A DNA stretch of 64,000 nucleotides from the human T2T-CHM13v2.0 reference genome, Homo sapiens. Under the pieces are notes generated by a model. That model saw only the letters and a program-made list of their open reading frames with translations, did not search any database and was not told where the DNA came from. The translations under genes were made by a program, and so were the position numbers. Below are positions 58,420 to 64,000 of the stretch, piece after piece (position 1 is the stretch's first letter; each line of letters opens with the position of its first letter). The stretch lies in the NCBI RefSeq assembly GCF_009914755.1, contig NC_060926.1; one strand, given 5' to 3'.

Positions 58420-61400
58420 CAAAACACTTCTCAGGTTCTTCCTCTGTTTTAGCCAAGTAAACTCGGATCAGACACATCCTCCCACAGATAACTATAAATT
58501 CTGGGCAAAAAAATAAAAGTAAATGAAGGTACTGAAGAAAAATCAAACCTAGGCAGGTATGAAGAAAAGTTAATAATTAAAAGGAAAAAATGGCACAGGA
58601 CAAGTGTTTCATTTATTATGGCTTTAAGATTGAAGGTAGGTTCCATTTTATACTATTCAAGGCAGTAAATACTACAGTAGAAAAACCTACCATCTTTATT
58701 TCTGCTTTTAAGAAATCAGAACACAAAGTTCAGACAACCACACCTGCTGGAAAGTGAGACAGAAAATCCTGGAAAAGAGGAAATGGGGAGCCTTACATAT
58801 TGTGTACAAACTCTATCAATATCTGTAGATGATTACTTCTGAAACACACATGCGTAAGGCAGACTCCAAAAAGACCATCAAAAGCCAAAAGAACTAAGCT
58901 AAGATTAGAGTTGCCTCCCTCCACAGGGAAGACAGAGATTGCAGTATGAATTCATCCATATTAACTGTCTGCTTGTGACAGAGTGGAGTGGAGAGAAATA
59001 AAGGACATCAGCAAAATGGTATAGTAGACATCTCCAAAATCCTGTCACTCCAAAAAACTTTTCAAAAACAAGCAGAAACAGAAAAAACTGCCAGAACTCT
59101 ATAAAACAAAGGTTTTTATAGCAAACAGGTGGATGTTGTACCAAGATAAAGTAACTTTGATTTGTTTGTAACTCCATTTTTTATTTTCTATAGGATTTAA
59201 AACACAAATTCATGAAAATGATTACACATCCATGTTACAATGTGTGAAGATGAAATTTGTGACAATGACAATATATGGGGCAGGGAAAACACTATATTGG
59301 AACAGAGTCTTTGCATGTTATTAAAGCTAAGCTTTATCAATTTGAACTAGATCAAACTTGTTCGATCTGTCTTATTTTGTTGTTGTTTTGTTTTAGCCTT
59401 TTAACAGCCTAAAGCCGTGATTTTTACTTTCTGTCTCTAGTGATAAGCAGATAAGAGAAATGAGGAAGGGGCTTTACTGGCCCAACCAGAAATAGAAACT
59501 AAGATCCCACGACTGTTCTCTCCCTCGGACACCCCTGAGCTAGATAATTAGAAATTTAGAATGTTAATTGTAATTCCCAGTGTAGCTACTAAGAAGAAAA
59601 CTAAAAATAGGTACATAAAGGGAAATAAGAAAAAAATAAACAAAATGAAGGGAAGAATGGAAAAAATGAGGAATAGACAAGACTTAAACAAATGGGAAAC
59701 AAATAGCAAAATGGCAAAGGTAAGTATTCTATATTACTGGTTAGTTTAAATATAAATAGATTAAACCATATAAAATAAAGAGATTGGTAAATTTAAACAT
59801 GAGCTGACAGTATGCTATTTACAACAGATTCAATTTAGATACAAAGACACCAATAAATCAAAAATGATGGAAGACATTTCATACAAATTGTAACCAAAAG
59901 AGAGATGGAGAGTATATAGTATCAGACAAAATAGACTTCAAGTCAGTAACTGCTATAAGAGTCAAAAAAGATTATTATATACTTAAAGACTCAATTATCC
60001 AAGGATATACAACAGTTGTAAGCCTACATGTGCCAAACAACAAAGCCCCAAAATATATAAAGGAAGCAAACACTGAAAATATTAAAAGGAGAAATAGACA
60101 GTTCTAAATAATAATTGCAGACTTCAATAACTCACTTTAGTAATAAATATAATAGCCAGATTAACAAGGAAACAGAACTCCAACACCACTATACAACAAT
60201 TAAACCAAATGGACATATACAGAACTTTCACCCAACAAAAGCAGAATACACATAGTTCTCAAGTGCACATGGAACATTACCCAGAATAGAACATATTTCA
60301 TGCCACAAAATAAGTCTTAAACTTTTAAATATTGAAATCACACAAAATATATTTTTAATCACAATGAAATAAAACAAGAAATCAATAACAGAACAAAACT
60401 TTTTAAAAACCCAAATATGTGAAAATTAAACACATTTATAAGTAAACATGTGTCAAAGAAGAAATCACAAGGTAAATTATAAAATATTTAGAGACTAATA
60501 AAACTAAAATCACAGAATCCCATAACTGATGAGACACTGAGGAATGACATTAGTGAAATTGTGAACTAGGAATCACTAAGTTCATATTTCCCCACAGAAA
60601 CATCAAAGATAAAAACAGACACGTTTTTATAAACGTTCTGCAAAGGCCTTACACTTTCACTTAGGGATAATCGCCAGACTCAGAGTAGATAAAGCTAAGT
60701 GGTGAAGAAGTACACCAGCACAGAGACAATCTGGTGAATATTCCCTACCTCCCTGCTATTTTGTCACTCAAATAAACCTCTGTCAAAGTACTAGCTGATG
60801 AGCTAAAGGCATGGAGACTTTGCTGGTTACATGTAATAAGAAATAATCTTTGCAAAATAATTTGGAAAAGCCTTAGAAATTTGGCTACTACAAATTTTAA
60901 TAATCAAAATAAACAGCAAACCTTGGGTGGAGGGGGAAAATTTAATTTCTGGAGTTATCGCATTCTAATCATAAAATGCCTAATTTCCAACCAAAAGTCA
61001 CAAGGCATGCAAAGAAACAAGATATCATGGCTCATTCAAAGGAGCAAAATAAATAGAAATTGTCCTTGAAGAAGTGGAAACATTGGACTTACTAGATAAA
61101 GGCTTTAGAACAATTGTTTTAAATATACACAAAGGGTTTAAGGGCAACATGGACAATAAAGTAAAAGCAGCTTTATATATATATATATATATGACCATAT
61201 ATAGTCATATTTCTGTATATATGACAAAATGAAAATATCAATAGATACAAAAATTATAAAAAGAAACTAAAAAGAATTATAAATCTATAAACTGTAATAA
61301 GTGCAACAAAAAATTTACTACAGGAGTTCAATAGCAGTTTAAAACAAGCAGAAGACAAATCAGTAAACTTGAAGATGAGAAACTGAACCTATTAAGTCTA

Positions 61401-63005
61401 AGGAATAAATATAGAAAAAAAATTAAGAAAATTAAATAGAGCCTAAGGGACATGGGATACACCATCAAACATTTGAACCAACATGTATATATACTAATAT
61501 CAGACAAAATAGACTTATAATAAGCTGTTAGAAGAGTCAAAGAAGGACCTTACATAACTTTAAGGGTTAATTTACCAAGAAAATATAACAACTATAAATA
61601 TATATGCACCAAACAGGAGGCCCCAAAGTACATGAAGCAAACATGTGCATAATTAAGGGGAAATTAGTACTAAAATAATAGTTATATGAACAGTTATAAT
61701 AAAACAATACGTCACTTTCATTAACGGATAGAATAACCAGGAAAAAAAAAACAACAAAGAGAGGACTTGAACAACACTATAAACCAATCGTACCTTACAG
61801 ATACGTACAGAACACTGCATTCAACAACAGCAGAATACACATTTTTCTCAAGTGTACATGCAACATTTTATGGCATAGGTCATATGTTAAGCACAAAACA
61901 ACTATTAATAGATTTAAAAAATTTAAATCATATATAGTATCATTTGCAATCACAATGGAATGAAACTAATAATCAATATTAGAAGAAAAACTGCAAAATT
62001 CATAAATATGTGAAAACTCAACATCACACTAATAAAAATCCAAAGGGCTACAGAATAAACGATACTTTAAGATTAATGAAAATTTTTAAAATGCCATAAG
62101 CTGTAGGATAACTGCACAATCAATTCTTAAAGATAAATTTATAGGTGTATATGCCTAAATTAAAAAAAAAGAGAAAGTTTAAATTACAAAATTTAGAAAT
62201 GAATGGATGAATGCCACTAGCCCTATTGTCCCATCCTGTAGAATTTCAGAAATCGGGTAGCCTTCTTTTATTATGTCCTGTGTCTCTATCAACTCTTTAA
62301 TGCCAGCAGACAATATTTCTGCTGCTACAATCTGATCTCTATTTCTAGATTCAGCTAAGACAGCTGATTAAATACATGGATAATCACTCTATAGAATGGT
62401 ATTTCAGCTACACCCTTGGTGTTCTCTCCAGAACATACTCTCTTATTTTCACACTATAAACAAGTGCATAAAATTCACGTTTGAATTTTGTTTTGCTTAA
62501 TATTTCCTTCAATTTATTTTTCTTCTCTTGCATTATACTATAAGCAGTAAGGATAATCTTATCAGAATAAGTCCTGACCCTTATGCCTTCATTTAATTTT
62601 AATTAGCCCATTAAAGGCTCTCTATCCAAATAGAGCCACATCAAACCTTGGATCTTTAATATATGAATTTGGGGGAGACAAATTTCAGACCATAATAGAA
62701 GGAGATAAAGCCACACACACACACACACACACACAAATATTAAAGAAAAGAAGAAAGTAATGGAGGAAATAAGGTGTAAAAAAGTTATAAAATCTACAGG
62801 AATCAAATAGCAAAATGCCCAAAATAAATCTTTTCTTATTAATGATTACTTTAAAGGTAATTGGATTAGACTATCCAAAAAAATGGCAGAGATTGCCAGA
62901 ATAAAATTTTTTTTAATTTTTTTCTCTGTCTTCTCTGTACAAGAGACTCCCTTTAGACCCAAGGGAAATGAATAAAGCAGATATTTCATGCAAAGAGTAC
63001 AACAA
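58420..63005 (+). mobile_element. Mosaic of old L1M fragments (5'UTR, ORF1, several endonuclease-start pieces)
   Basis: atcagacaaaatagactt at ~59920 and ~61498; gcagaatacaca..ttctcaagtg(c/t)acatg at ~60241 and ~61829. Confidence 0.72.
59353..59537. mobile_element. hAT-Charlie MITE (MER30B-like)
   Basis: Termini caaacttgttc / ggacacccctg; 8-bp TSD aactagat (59345-59352) / agctagat (59538-59545). Confidence 0.8.
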
Positions 63006-63016
63006 GAAAATGAGAC

Positions 63017-63422
63017 GATGAGTGGATAAACAACTTGTAATATACGCATACGATGAACTGTTATTTTGCAGTAAAATGAACCACTGACACATGCTACACT
63101 ATAGATGAACTTCCAAAACATTGTGCCATGTGAAAGACGCCAGGCACAAAGTATCACAGTTTGTTTGAGTCCACTTATATGAAATAGTCAAAGTAAATAA
63201 ATCTATAGAGACAGAGTGCAGATTGGTTTTGCCAGGGGCTGAAAGGAGTGAGGAAGTGATGAGAAACTGCTCAATGAGTAAGAGTTTTTACTTTGGAGTG
63301 CTTTTGAAGCAGATACAGGTGATGGTTGCACAACACTGTGAATGCATTAAATACCCCTGAATTGTTCACTTTAAAATGTTGAAATTACGTTATGTAAACT
63401 TTACCTCAATAAATTACTTTTA
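63017..63422 (+). mobile_element. L1MB-type 3' end insertion
   Basis: 10-bp TSD aaaatgagac (63007-63016 / 63423-63432); typical 3'UTR motifs. Confidence 0.85.
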
Positions 63423-63765
63423 AAAATGAGACAAAACCAGTATTTAGATGAAAATAAAATGGTAAATAAAGCAAAAGTGGTGAGAAGAATATGTTGGGAT
63501 CCAAAATTTATGATTCATATTATCCAGGATACGAGCTAAATCACTCTACATGGAAGCAACAGAAAAAATGTGACCAATTCCCATTAGAAAAGATAATAAC
63601 AGGGACAAACCCTAGATGGCACAGATGTTGCCATAAGCAGACAAGGCATTTATTTTAACTATGCTTGACTACATAAGGAAAATATGTCATACTGAAAGAA
63701 GTGATAGGAAATTCAGCACAAATAACAATTCCAAAGGAACAAGTAGAAATTTCAGAACAAAAAAT

Positions 63766-64000
63766 ATACCTGACTTCAAACTATACTACAAGGCTACAGT
63801 AACCAAAACAGCATGGTACTGGTACCAACGCAGATATACAGGCCAATGGAACAGAATGGAGGCCTCAGAAATAACACCACTCATCTACCACCATCTGATC
63901 CTTGACAAATCTGACACACACAAGCAATGGGGAAAAGATTCACTATTTAATAAATGATGTTGGGAAAACTGGCTAGCCATATGAATAAAACTGAAACTGG
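63766..64000 (+). mobile_element. L1PA/PB ORF2 fragment running off the window end
   Basis: [18 protein letters not shown]...[10 protein letters not shown]. Confidence 0.92.

Overview
Primate (human-like) non-coding, repeat-dense 64-kb window; I see no intact protein-coding gene and no RNA gene. It contains two full-length processed pseudogenes nested in old LINE-1s (RPL22, + strand, ~438-2777; SRSF3, - strand, ~5989-6922), a two-LTR HERV-K9/HML-3 (MER9) provirus on the - strand (27842-34233) with deleted gag and env, many Alu, L1, L2, MIR, MaLR/ERVL LTR and hAT relics, and a strong CTCF-like motif at ~22522. The most unusual structure is at 52.7-56.7 kb: two young L1PA elements with different subfamily signatures are fused 5'-to-5' at a 5-bp microhomology, with no 5' target-site duplications. 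They form a ~1.63-kb inverted repeat around a 655-bp spacer, and the arms share private substitutions, which suggests gene conversion. Repeat names and parent-gene comparisons come from remembered consensus sequences and need confirming with RepeatMasker/Dfam/BLAST. I cannot support a new protein-coding system here.
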